48,958 nt of DNA, from the sequence record SRR31156797_8486, one strand, 5' to 3'. Both the position numbers and the translations under genes were made by a program. Of the stretch, positions 1-8,997 are shown piece after piece. The number at the start of each line of letters is the position of its first letter. Position 1 is the stretch's first letter. Under the pieces are notes generated by a model that worked only from the letters and a program-made list of their open reading frames with translations, searched no databases and was not told where the DNA came from.

Positions 1-75
1 CGAGGTTATTTGTTATTCGCTGAATAGTTATTTTTTATTTGACAGCAGCTCTTTTTTCAATCATTGATGGTGGTC

Positions 76-666
76 ATGAAAGCACTTATAGTCTCGAATC
101 TTGTTCAATCCATCACAGCTAAAGAAGCCTTTGCACAAAGCTCCATTGACCAAATCATTGAGCTGACGGAGTGGGCGCAAAACACTCTGGAATCCGGAGG
201 CAAACTGCTGATATTTGGCAATGGCGGCAGTGCAGCAGATGCTCAGCATCTTGCCGCTGAGTTTGTCAATCGTTTCCTCATTAACCGCCGCCCGTTGCCA
301 GCCTTGGCGCTCACCACCGACACTTCAGTTATCACCTCCATTGGTAATGATTTTTCCTTTGACCTTATTTTTGCAAAACAAATAGAGGCCTTTGGTAAAC
401 CCGAAGACCTGGCGCTGGGAATATCAACATCAGGAACGTCTACCAACGTGGTCAAGGCAATGGAAGCTGCCAGAGACATTGGCATGAAAACTGTTGCCCT
501 TACAGGCGGCACTAAAAGACCCGGTGGAGACTTAGCTGAAATCTGTGATATGGTGTTGAATGTACCGACAGACTCGACCCCGCATATCCAGGAAACTCAT
601 CTCTGGGTCGAGCACATGCTTTGCGAAATTGTTGAAAAGAAGATGTTTTCCGTCGAGCAGCAATAG
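76..666 (+). CDS. gmhA: D-sedoheptulose 7-phosphate isomerase (phosphoheptose isomerase, SIS fold)
   Basis: Motifs GNGGSAADAQHLAAE, GNDFSF, GISTSG, TPHIQETH. Start taken at ATG 76 (ATG 67 or TTG 64 possible). Confidence 0.96.
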   Translation: MKALIVSNLVQSITAKEAFAQSSIDQIIELTEWAQNTLESGGKLLIFGNGGSAADAQHLAAEFVNRFLINRRPLPALALTTDTSVITSIGNDFSFDLIFAKQIEAFGKPEDLALGISTSGTSTNVVKAMEAARDIGMKTVALTGGTKRPGGDLAEICDMVLNVPTDSTPHIQETHLWVEHMLCEIVEKKMFSVEQQ

Positions 667-711
667 TTTCCAGCTCCTTTCAGGGCTTCAACCCTCCTCC
701 TCTGTAATACA

Positions 712-1671
712 ATGTCCAGATATACAACCGATCCTCTGCAATTTGACAAACTGAGTACCTACTCTGTCCATGACCGGCACTCCAAGGTAAGTGTTGATGA
801 CTTTGCCAGCCCTGTTCAGCCGGCAATGACAGTCAGCCAACTGATACAGTGTCTACCTGCCCAACTCATGGGCATCGATTTCCCTGAATTTATCAGCCGG
901 ACAGCGCAGGCACACAAACAACAGCACCCAATCATCCTTGGCATGGGCGCCCATGTGATCAAGGTCGGTCTTAATCCGATCCTTTTCTCACTTATGGAAC
1001 GAGGTATTATATCTGCCATAGCACTGAACGGGGCGGGTATTATCCATGATACGGAAATTGCCATGGTAGGACGCACCTCAGAGGAGGTTGCTGATGTACT
1101 GGGAGAAGGGGCTTTTGGTGCGGCCAGGGAAACCGGTGAAACGCTGAACACGGCCATCAACCTGGGAGCAAAACAAGGAATCGGGATTGGTGAAGCTGTT
1201 GGTAAAATGCTTTGCGAGCAAAACTTCCCTTATAATAGTCATAGTCTCCTTGCCACGGCCTACCAACTCAATGTACCAGTAACAGTACACGTGGCCATGG
1301 GCACAGATATTATCCATATTCACCCCAGTGTTGACGGTGGAGCCATCGGCAATGCCGGGCACCAGGACTTTAGGCTCTTCTGCAGCCTCATCAGTCACCT
1401 TCAGGGAGGGGTTTACCTCAATGTTGGTTCGGCAGTGCTTTTGCCGGAGGTTTTCTTGAAAGCCCTTACCGTGGTCCGCAACCTAGGCCACCAGGTAACC
1501 CAATTCACCACTGCCAATTTTGATTTCATTCGTCATTACCGGCCGGCAACCAATGTTGTCCATCGTCCCAACCTGGAAGGCGGCAAAGGATTTAACTTTA
1601 CCGGACACCATGAGCTGATGCTGCCTCTGTTCGCTGCGGCATTACTCGACGAAATTGACAAATCCCAGTAG
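712..1671 (+). CDS. Conserved hypothetical protein, deoxyhypusine-synthase-like NAD-binding fold
   Basis: 319-aa ORF in operon position. Segments LGMGAHVIKVGL, ALNGAGIIHD, SLLATAYQLNVPVTVH and LNVGSAV parallel the DHS motif order. Confidence 0.65.
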   Translation: MSRYTTDPLQFDKLSTYSVHDRHSKVSVDDFASPVQPAMTVSQLIQCLPAQLMGIDFPEFISRTAQAHKQQHPIILGMGAHVIKVGLNPILFSLMERGIISAIALNGAGIIHDTEIAMVGRTSEEVADVLGEGAFGAARETGETLNTAINLGAKQGIGIGEAVGKMLCEQNFPYNSHSLLATAYQLNVPVTVHVAMGTDIIHIHPSVDGGAIGNAGHQDFRLFCSLISHLQGGVYLNVGSAVLLPEVFLKALTVVRNLGHQVTQFTTANFDFIRHYRPATNVVHRPNLEGGKGFNFTGHHELMLPLFAAALLDEIDKSQ

Positions 1672-1731
1672 AACCTGTATATGGCTCCTGTGATATTTAC
1701 CTGATAATAATTCAACATCGGAAAAAACTTC

Positions 1732-2664
1732 ATGCGTCCCCTGTTACGTATAGGAACTCGAGCCAGCCTGCTGGCAGTCACCCAATCCACTTGGGTCAAA
1801 GATCAGATTGAAAAGCAATATCCTGACACAACGGTTGAACTCGTTCGAATCACTACCAAAGGTGATAAAATCTTAGATGTTCCTCTGGCCAAGGTTGGCG
1901 GCAAAGGGCTTTTTGTCAAAGAGATAGAGGACGCTCTGTTGGCAAACGAGGTCGACATTGCGGTACATTCCATGAAAGACGTTCCAACCGAACTGCCCGA
2001 AGATCTGCATGTAGCGATAATCCCTGAAAGAGAAACAGCAGCAGATGCCTTTGTTTCTGTCCACTACCAAAACATTGAAGACCTTCCCCAAGGAGCAACA
2101 ATCGGAACATCAAGCTTGCGCAGAAAGTCACAGCTTGCAGCAATACGTCCTGATTTACGCATACTTGATCTACGCGGCAACCTTGACACCCGGTTAAAAA
2201 AAATGGAGCAAGGAGAGTATGATGCCATCATTCTTGCCGGTGCAGGACTCAACAGACTAGGCATGCAAAAACGTATAGCAGCCCTCTTTACCCCCACCCA
2301 AATGTTACCCGCCATTGGTCAGGGATCGCTGGGCCTGGAACTGCGGAAAGATGACTCAGAACTCCTTGAGGGATTACAATTTCTGCACCATAGTCACACA
2401 GCTACCACAGTCTCAGCTGAAAGAGCATTTCTTATTCGGCTAGATGGCGGCTGCCAGGTTCCTATTGGTGCCCACGCAATCCTTGATGGTGACAAAGTGT
2501 GCCTCACCGGACTTGTTGCGACTATTGACGGCACAACCATCTTAAAAGATTCCATCGAAGGACCTGCCGGAGAAGCTGCCCAACTCGGCACTCAATTGGC
2601 AGAAACCCTGCTCGACCGAGGCGGAAAGGCAATTTTGGATGAAGTGTACAGCGCCCAGGATTGA
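1732..2664 (+). CDS. hemC: Hydroxymethylbilane synthase (porphobilinogen deaminase)
   Basis: RIGTRASLLA, GKGLFVKEIE, AVHSMKDVP, GTSSLRR, LRGNLDTRL, GGCQVPIGA (cofactor Cys). Confidence 0.98.
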   Translation: MRPLLRIGTRASLLAVTQSTWVKDQIEKQYPDTTVELVRITTKGDKILDVPLAKVGGKGLFVKEIEDALLANEVDIAVHSMKDVPTELPEDLHVAIIPERETAADAFVSVHYQNIEDLPQGATIGTSSLRRKSQLAAIRPDLRILDLRGNLDTRLKKMEQGEYDAIILAGAGLNRLGMQKRIAALFTPTQMLPAIGQGSLGLELRKDDSELLEGLQFLHHSHTATTVSAERAFLIRLDGGCQVPIGAHAILDGDKVCLTGLVATIDGTTILKDSIEGPAGEAAQLGTQLAETLLDRGGKAILDEVYSAQD

Positions 2665-2719
2665 TTGTTCCTTTGGGCCAGCCTTACTCATGATTTAATA
2701 TTCAACGGTACCGTAACCA

Positions 2720-4303
2720 GTGACCACACAAAAAACAGACCACAAAAAACCTGTCGGCAAAGTGTACCTTATCGGAGCTGGCCCTGGCGATCCAGGACTT
2801 ATTACCCTCCGAGGCAAATACCTGCTCGAACGAGCCGAGGTTGTTGTCTACGACTACCTGGCCAATAAAAAGCTGCTCAACTATGTCCCTAAAACCGCTA
2901 AATTCATTTATGCTGGTAAAAAAGGCGGAGGCCTGCATGCCTACACCCAAGAAGGTATCAACCAGCTCCTGGTCGACCATGCTAAGGAAGGCAATATAGT
3001 AGTTCGACTGAAAGGCGGTGATCCTTTTATATTTGGCCGAGGTGGAGAAGAAATAGAAGAGATTGTTGCAGAAGGGATTGATTTTGAAGTGGTCCCTGGC
3101 GTCACTTCTGCTACAGCTGCTGCCACCTACGCAGGCATTCCCATTACCCATCGAGACTACACAGCATCTGTTGCCTTTGTTACTGGCCACGAAGACCCCA
3201 CCAAAAAATATTCCAATATCCACTGGGACAAACTCGCTACAGGGGTAGGTACCCTAGTTATCTACATGGGGATAAAAGCCCTTCCGAGCATTACTAAAAA
3301 ACTCATCGACTATGGCAGATCACCCGACACCCCGGTGGCTGTTGTTCGCTGGGCCTCCACCCCGCAGCAACGATCGGTGGTAGGAACTCTTGCCACTATT
3401 AGCGACGTGGTCCAAAAAACAGGTATAAAACCTCCAGCCCTCGTCATTGTCGGAGAGGTTGTCAACCTACGCAAGACCATTGACTGGTACGAAAAACGAC
3501 CATTATTTAATAAACGTATCGTCGTCACCAGAACCCGGGAACAGGCAAGTGAGCTGGTTGCCAAACTTGAGGAACACGGTGCTGAATGCTTTGAATATTC
3601 TACCATCCACATCGAGCCGGTCAGTGACTACACCCCTCTTGACCAAGCCATTGCGGACATAAAAAAATACCAGTGGATACTCTTTACCAGTCTTAACGCG
3701 GTTACCTATTTTTTCAGACAACTGTACCAAAGTGGTCTTGACAGCCGCAGCCTTGCTGGGCCAAAAATTGCGGTGGTAGGAAGAGCAACAGCAGAGGAGC
3801 TGCTAAAATATGGCCTGCGGGCAGACCTTATTCCGCAACGTTTTACTGGCGAAGGCCTGGCAGAGGCCCTGCTCCAGTCAAAGGTAGGTGAAGGATCTAA
3901 AATACTTCTCCCGCGCGCTCTGCGTGCAAGCGAAGTTTTACCTGAAACACTGACGGATTCAGGAGCCGAGGTCAACGTAGTACCGGTGTATCAAAACGTG
4001 CCTCCACTGGGCAGGAAAGAAGAACTCCGCGACCAACTGATAGAAGGTGATATCGACCTGCTGACATTTACCAGTTCATCGACTGTAACCAATTTTCTCT
4101 CCATGGTCGACGCCAAGGACGATGAGGAGCTGCAACAGCTGCTCGGCAAGGTAACCATTGCCGCCATCGGCCCGATTACAGCGGAGACTGTTATAGAAAG
4201 AGGGCTGCAGGTAGATATTCAACCCGAACGCTATACCATTGCCGACATGGTAAACGCCATTGTTGACCACTATAAAGAGATTCCCACCAAGGACATCGGG
4301 TAA
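2720..4303 (+). CDS. cobA: Fused uroporphyrinogen-III C-methyltransferase / uroporphyrinogen-III synthase (CobA-HemD)
   Basis: N-half GAGPGDPGLIT, RLKGGDPFIFGRGGEE, VPGVTS. C-half HemD motifs VVTR, FTSLNAV, FTSSSTV, AIGPITA. GTG start. Confidence 0.96.
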   Translation: MTTQKTDHKKPVGKVYLIGAGPGDPGLITLRGKYLLERAEVVVYDYLANKKLLNYVPKTAKFIYAGKKGGGLHAYTQEGINQLLVDHAKEGNIVVRLKGGDPFIFGRGGEEIEEIVAEGIDFEVVPGVTSATAAATYAGIPITHRDYTASVAFVTGHEDPTKKYSNIHWDKLATGVGTLVIYMGIKALPSITKKLIDYGRSPDTPVAVVRWASTPQQRSVVGTLATISDVVQKTGIKPPALVIVGEVVNLRKTIDWYEKRPLFNKRIVVTRTREQASELVAKLEEHGAECFEYSTIHIEPVSDYTPLDQAIADIKKYQWILFTSLNAVTYFFRQLYQSGLDSRSLAGPKIAVVGRATAEELLKYGLRADLIPQRFTGEGLAEALLQSKVGEGSKILLPRALRASEVLPETLTDSGAEVNVVPVYQNVPPLGRKEELRDQLIEGDIDLLTFTSSSTVTNFLSMVDAKDDEELQQLLGKVTIAAIGPITAETVIERGLQVDIQPERYTIADMVNAIVDHYKEIPTKDIG

Positions 4304-4700
4304 CACACCGTTTCCGTTTAATTGTCGTATTCAGCTGGACCCAGTCAAAAAGGATATTTCCCTCCCAGATGACGGCTGTGGTCCAGAAGAAAACGACGCG
4401 CATGGAATACGCTGCAGCAGTTGCGGCTACACCATCACCGCTGTCGAACACACTGCTGTTATCGACAATAGCCATGAGCATACCTTTTTCAATCCATCAG
4501 GCATTATTTTCGAACTTCGGTGTTTCAATGAGGCCGCAGGAGTGTATGCTCAAGGAGAGCCATCAAGTGCATTCAGCTGGTTTGCAGGGAACAGCTGGCA
4601 GATGGTATTCTGCAGAAATTGCCAGCGACATATGGGGTGGAAATTCAGCGGTAATGGAATTTTCTTTGGGCTTATAAAAAATAACCTCCGCCAGGAGTGA
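4260..4700 (+). CDS. Bacterial cereblon-family protein (CULT / thalidomide-binding domain)
   Basis: CSSC...HTFFNPSG...FSWFAGNSWQMVFCRNCQRHMGWKF: two Zn CxxC pairs and the tri-Trp cage. Start uncertain (TTG overlapping the hemD end; no ATG before the domain). Confidence 0.9.
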   Translation: MLTTIKRFPPRTSGNTPFPFNCRIQLDPVKKDISLPDDGCGPEENDAHGIRCSSCGYTITAVEHTAVIDNSHEHTFFNPSGIIFELRCFNEAAGVYAQGEPSSAFSWFAGNSWQMVFCRNCQRHMGWKFSGNGIFFGLIKNNLRQE

Positions 4701-4716
4701 GGAGAATCCCTGCCGA

Positions 4717-5913
4717 CTAGCCTACCTGACGAAAATCCTGGAGGCGTTTTTTAATACAATCTATACCTCGCAGCTCAAACTGATCCATTGCCTGTTGATA
4801 CGGCTGCAGATTGGTGAGCATTCCGGTCACCTTTTCCCCAAGATTTTCCGGAGTCAATTCGTTCCAGGGAAGATAGTCAATCAATTGTTGCTCCTGAAAG
4901 GCTTGCGCTCTTATAAGCTGTTCTTTGCGCGGTGTTTCACGAGGAATAATAAGGGAAGGGGTTTTCTGGCTTAAAATCTCGCACATGGTATTATACCCAC
5001 CCATTGAAATAACCAGATCAGCAGCACCGATCATTTCCTCCATTCTCGGATAAAAGGGAAGCAGTTTTATCTGCAATTTTCTGCCACGCTTTGCCAACTT
5101 GCGCCTCATGCTCAGCGGCATAAAAGGACCGGTAATAAGTATAGCCCTCCCTTGACGGAAGACACCCTCTTCCTGCGCTTTCAAGAAACAATCCATGACT
5201 TCGTAGCCGTCTCCACCGCCCCCGGTGGTAACCACTATCATCTGTTCATCTTTACCAACACAGAATTTTTTTCGCGTTTTTGTCTTTGCCTTTTCCGCGG
5301 CCACCCTGCGGGGAAGGTAACCGGTAAAAATAATTTTTTCTTCCACGGAAGCAGGAATAGCATACTCTCTAACTGCATCATAAATTGCCTTGCGTCCGTA
5401 GATCCATATCTCCGAATATAGTTGATCAAGCAGACGGTACACACCCTTGTTCTCCCAATCAGCCCTTACGGTTTCCCTGTCATCCATTATATCGCGTAAG
5501 CCGAGGACAGTCTTGGTGTGCGGACAATAACGCTGGATCCACTCAAGGGTGGGAAGTACTTCTTTTTTTAAACCCAGCGGCTCTTTATCAACTAAAAATA
5601 AATTTGGCCTGAAGGTTTTAGCCGTGGTAAGTATAATGGATCGACGAATATTCAATGCATGCTCCGGATCAATCCGGATGGAAAGCGATTGGTACTCATC
5701 ATTGGTCTTCTTTATCATCCCTGGAATACGTACAAAATCGACGTTTTCAGGGAAGGAGAAGCGCCCGGCAATAGGCGAGCCCGTCAGAATCAAGACATTA
5801 ACGGTTGAGTCCCTCAGGTGCCCGGCAATAGCCATGGTACGCCTGATATGACCAAGTCCATATGTGTCATGGGAATAAATAAGGATATTGTAGGATTTGG
5901 ATGTTCCCGTCAC
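4717..5913 (-). CDS. Predicted GT-B glycosyltransferase (COG4671-like)
   Basis: N-terminal YSHDTYGLGHIRR, VTTGGGGDG, C-terminal ISMGGYNT...PR...EQLIRA. Confidence 0.85.
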   Translation of the reverse strand: MTGTSKSYNILIYSHDTYGLGHIRRTMAIAGHLRDSTVNVLILTGSPIAGRFSFPENVDFVRIPGMIKKTNDEYQSLSIRIDPEHALNIRRSIILTTAKTFRPNLFLVDKEPLGLKKEVLPTLEWIQRYCPHTKTVLGLRDIMDDRETVRADWENKGVYRLLDQLYSEIWIYGRKAIYDAVREYAIPASVEEKIIFTGYLPRRVAAEKAKTKTRKKFCVGKDEQMIVVTTGGGGDGYEVMDCFLKAQEEGVFRQGRAILITGPFMPLSMRRKLAKRGRKLQIKLLPFYPRMEEMIGAADLVISMGGYNTMCEILSQKTPSLIIPRETPRKEQLIRAQAFQEQQLIDYLPWNELTPENLGEKVTGMLTNLQPYQQAMDQFELRGIDCIKKRLQDFRQVG

Positions 5914-6160
5914 AGCTCTATTGTCAATGGTGATTATTCCGCCTGATTGGCCATACCGTCATCTATACCTTAATTAAGGTGATGCATGGATACTCATTAC
6001 AAAAACGTCTAGCCTACCGTGTACCAGCTGTTCGGGCAACAAAAATCGATGGCGCAAAATATGGCTTTTTCCCATCAATAAAAAATAATTCCGGTATAAT
6101 ATAGCTCAGCAATTTGTTCGCATGTTAAGCTCTTCATCTTCCTCTCCACGGAGAAGCGCC

Positions 6161-6643
6161 ATGATAAAACGTTTTATTTCACTCCTTCCTCTTTTTGTTG
6201 TACCCGTTCTGCTGTCCATGGGATGCGTTGCAAAAGGTCCAACCGGACGGTGGCAGCAAAACCTAGAGGCACAAAAACTCTTCACCTCTGCGACTGTCCT
6301 TGAAAATCATTCCTATTACTACACAGGACAAAAGGCTCGGCCCGATGCAATTATTGCCATTGACAATGCCTACAGATTACAATCTAACCTCTGGATTGCC
6401 ATAGATGTTACCCCCAAACTCATCCAGGAATGGCTTGCGTGGTACAAAAGTGAATTCAGTTTATACTGCACCTATCGAGGTGGCTACATAGTAACTCCTG
6501 ATCAACAAACTGCAGGAATATGGTACTCAAAAGATCTGCTTAACACTATTTACACACCTGAACCTGGTGTTATCGAAGTTTACCTTCCCCACTCTTCTCC
6601 GGGGTCAATGTGTGATAGACAACGACTCCTGGATGATATCTGA
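6161..6643 (+). CDS. Hypothetical lipoprotein
   Basis: GGAG RBS before ATG 6161. Signal peptide MIKRFISLLPLFVVPVLLSMG-C with lipobox-like Cys. Confidence 0.75.
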   Translation: MIKRFISLLPLFVVPVLLSMGCVAKGPTGRWQQNLEAQKLFTSATVLENHSYYYTGQKARPDAIIAIDNAYRLQSNLWIAIDVTPKLIQEWLAWYKSEFSLYCTYRGGYIVTPDQQTAGIWYSKDLLNTIYTPEPGVIEVYLPHSSPGSMCDRQRLLDDI

Positions 6644-7033
6644 GAGACAAATAAGGACAACCCGTAACCTGCCCAGCAGTTGATCCCCCACTCATAGCCC
6701 TTTAAACAAGGTCGTTAAAATTTATATTTGATGGCCTTCCAGCACCATTTAATCATTGATAATTCTTACAAGATACCCCTTTCTTCAATTGTAAAATCAG
6801 GTATACTGCTGTCTGTATTTTACACAGAGACAGCCCATAAACAGTACCCTGCAAAATAGGTTAATTACATTCAAAAACAACCATTTTCCTCCTATTCATC
6901 AGTGTGGCTGGAGCAAGAGTTATGCCTCTCTCTTTTTTTAAGGGACACTCAAAAGAGGCCAACCAAAAGAATAAGATAACTGTTTTAATTTTAAACACTT
7001 CCTTTATAAAAAAGCAGCAATAGGAGTTTCACA

Positions 7034-8761
7034 GTGTCTACACACAATTCCTTTCATTTAAACTTTACCGCCACCATCTCATTAAATGCATTGCGCCTTT
7101 CGTTGGCAGTCTTACTGATGGTCATGGCGTCCCAGACACACTCCTTCGCCAATGAAGCGACTCCACCCGTACAAGGCAGCAAAGTCCTTTTCATGCCGTT
7201 TACTGTCAACGTTCCAGGATCCTATGCCTACCTGGAAAACGGACTAAGCTCGATACTCTCAAGCAGGCTTGCCACCCGAGCGAAAATACAACCTATTGCA
7301 GGTAAGAGCACAGGGAAACAACTGGCCAACCTCCTTCAAAGTGGCAGATACAGTGCTTTTGGCAAATTACTTGCCAAAACCAATGCCGATTATCTCATCT
7401 TTGGTTCTCTGGACCGCCAAGATACTCTGTTCACTCTCACCAGCTATGTTTTCCAAAAAGCACCTGGCAAGGGACCGGTTCAATTTGAAGAGTCTATTGC
7501 TAGCATAAACCAGGCCATGGATGCAGTAGACAACATGTCATGGGAAATCAGCGGCCAAATATTCAATCACCCTAAACCGGTGAAGGGAAAAAGTACACCC
7601 GCTGCAGCCGATGGCGTAACAGCTTTTCATACGGCTCACCCAGACCGTGCCTACCGAGAAGGTTTACTGCACAGCACTATGGTAGGCCTTGGGATTGGAG
7701 GGCAGTTTGAGTTGGTTAGCTCTCACCGCAGCAAACGGATACATGAGGATGTGAAAGATATAAATGCAGTGGACATTGATGGTGATGGGGTTACAGAAAT
7801 TCTACTGTTGACAGACACCCAGCTCCAACTCTACAGATTTGAAAAAAATACATTCCAGACTGTAGGCACCATCCCCCTGGACAACCATTTGCGCCTACAC
7901 TCTGTCACCTATGCTGACATGGATAACAACGGGATCCAGGAACTCTATATCAGCGGCAATAGCGGCAACAGGCCTTCTTCCACCATTATTACCTGGCAAG
8001 GAAGGAAGGCTGAAGTAATACAGCGCAATATCCCTTACTATTTACGTGCCGTTTCACATCCAGGCCAGCCACCAATCCTCTATGGCCAGACAGGCTCGCC
8101 CACCCTACCAAGCGACGGTGCTATATACGAACTGGAAAGAAACAGCCAGGGAGCATTTACCCGAGTTAAAAAAGTTACTCTGCCAAAGGGCGTTCAGGTA
8201 TATGATTTCTCTGTCGCTGATATAACAGGTGACAAAAATAAAGAAACAATCCTAATCACACCTGGCAACCGACTCCAGGTGCTCAATAAGGAAGGCAGTG
8301 TAATGTGGACCAGCAGCACCCAGTTCGGTGCGGGTCGTAATTTTTTTGGTACCCTGTCAAGCAATGAAGAACGCTCAATCACTGTGCCGACCTATATAAA
8401 ATCAAGACTTGTTGTTTCGGATATGGATGGTGATGGCATTGATGACGTCCTGGTTGGCCGTAACCAGGCAGAGCATGTCAGGTTTATGCCAAGGCTCAGG
8501 TATTTTGACGGTGGCTCTATAATGGCGCTCAAATGGAAGACGAATATGCTGACTCCGCTGTGGGAAACTCAAAAACGACCTGATTACATTATCAATTACC
8601 AAATCTCGGGAGCAGGAAAGCAGTCGCAAAAGGAAAAAGAATTCCTTCTCCTTTTCAGTGAGGCTGAAACAACCTACCCCTTTGCATTTTGGCAAACAAA
8701 TTCAGCAGTCATTAACAGCTACCGCCTGCGGTTAAAGGCTGATAACCAGAATCAGCAATAA
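7034..8761 (+). CDS. Secreted FG-GAP/VCBS-repeat beta-propeller protein with an N-terminal TolB-N/CsgG-like alpha/beta domain
   Basis: AGGAG RBS plus GTG start; signal peptide; repeated DxDGDG-type motifs (DIDGDGVTE, DMDNNGIQE, DITGDKNKE, DMDGDGIDD). Confidence 0.8.
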   Translation: MSTHNSFHLNFTATISLNALRLSLAVLLMVMASQTHSFANEATPPVQGSKVLFMPFTVNVPGSYAYLENGLSSILSSRLATRAKIQPIAGKSTGKQLANLLQSGRYSAFGKLLAKTNADYLIFGSLDRQDTLFTLTSYVFQKAPGKGPVQFEESIASINQAMDAVDNMSWEISGQIFNHPKPVKGKSTPAAADGVTAFHTAHPDRAYREGLLHSTMVGLGIGGQFELVSSHRSKRIHEDVKDINAVDIDGDGVTEILLLTDTQLQLYRFEKNTFQTVGTIPLDNHLRLHSVTYADMDNNGIQELYISGNSGNRPSSTIITWQGRKAEVIQRNIPYYLRAVSHPGQPPILYGQTGSPTLPSDGAIYELERNSQGAFTRVKKVTLPKGVQVYDFSVADITGDKNKETILITPGNRLQVLNKEGSVMWTSSTQFGAGRNFFGTLSSNEERSITVPTYIKSRLVVSDMDGDGIDDVLVGRNQAEHVRFMPRLRYFDGGSIMALKWKTNMLTPLWETQKRPDYIINYQISGAGKQSQKEKEFLLLFSEAETTYPFAFWQTNSAVINSYRLRLKADNQNQQ

Positions 8762-8884
8762 CCCACAAATGAGTTAATACAAAAAACAACACCCACAGGA
8801 AACCTCTAAAGCGCTGTATATACATAATATTTAACACACACACCCAAGGAAAGTTAAAAAAATTAAACTTCAAGTAAAAAAAAC

Positions 8885-8913
8885 TTGACTCTCCTCGAAC
8901 AACGTTATACTTT
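8885..8913 (+). promoter_or_regulatory. Putative sigma70 promoter of the porin gene
   Basis: TTGACT (8885-8890) then TATACT (8906-8911) or TACTTT (8908-8913, 17-nt spacer), preceded by an A-tract UP-like element. Confidence 0.55.
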
Positions 8914-8997
8914 GACAGTAAATCATGACAGATATTTAGTTTGTTCCTCCTAGTGAGGAAGAGGCTTTAAACAACACCTTTTAACGAGGAGATCAAG

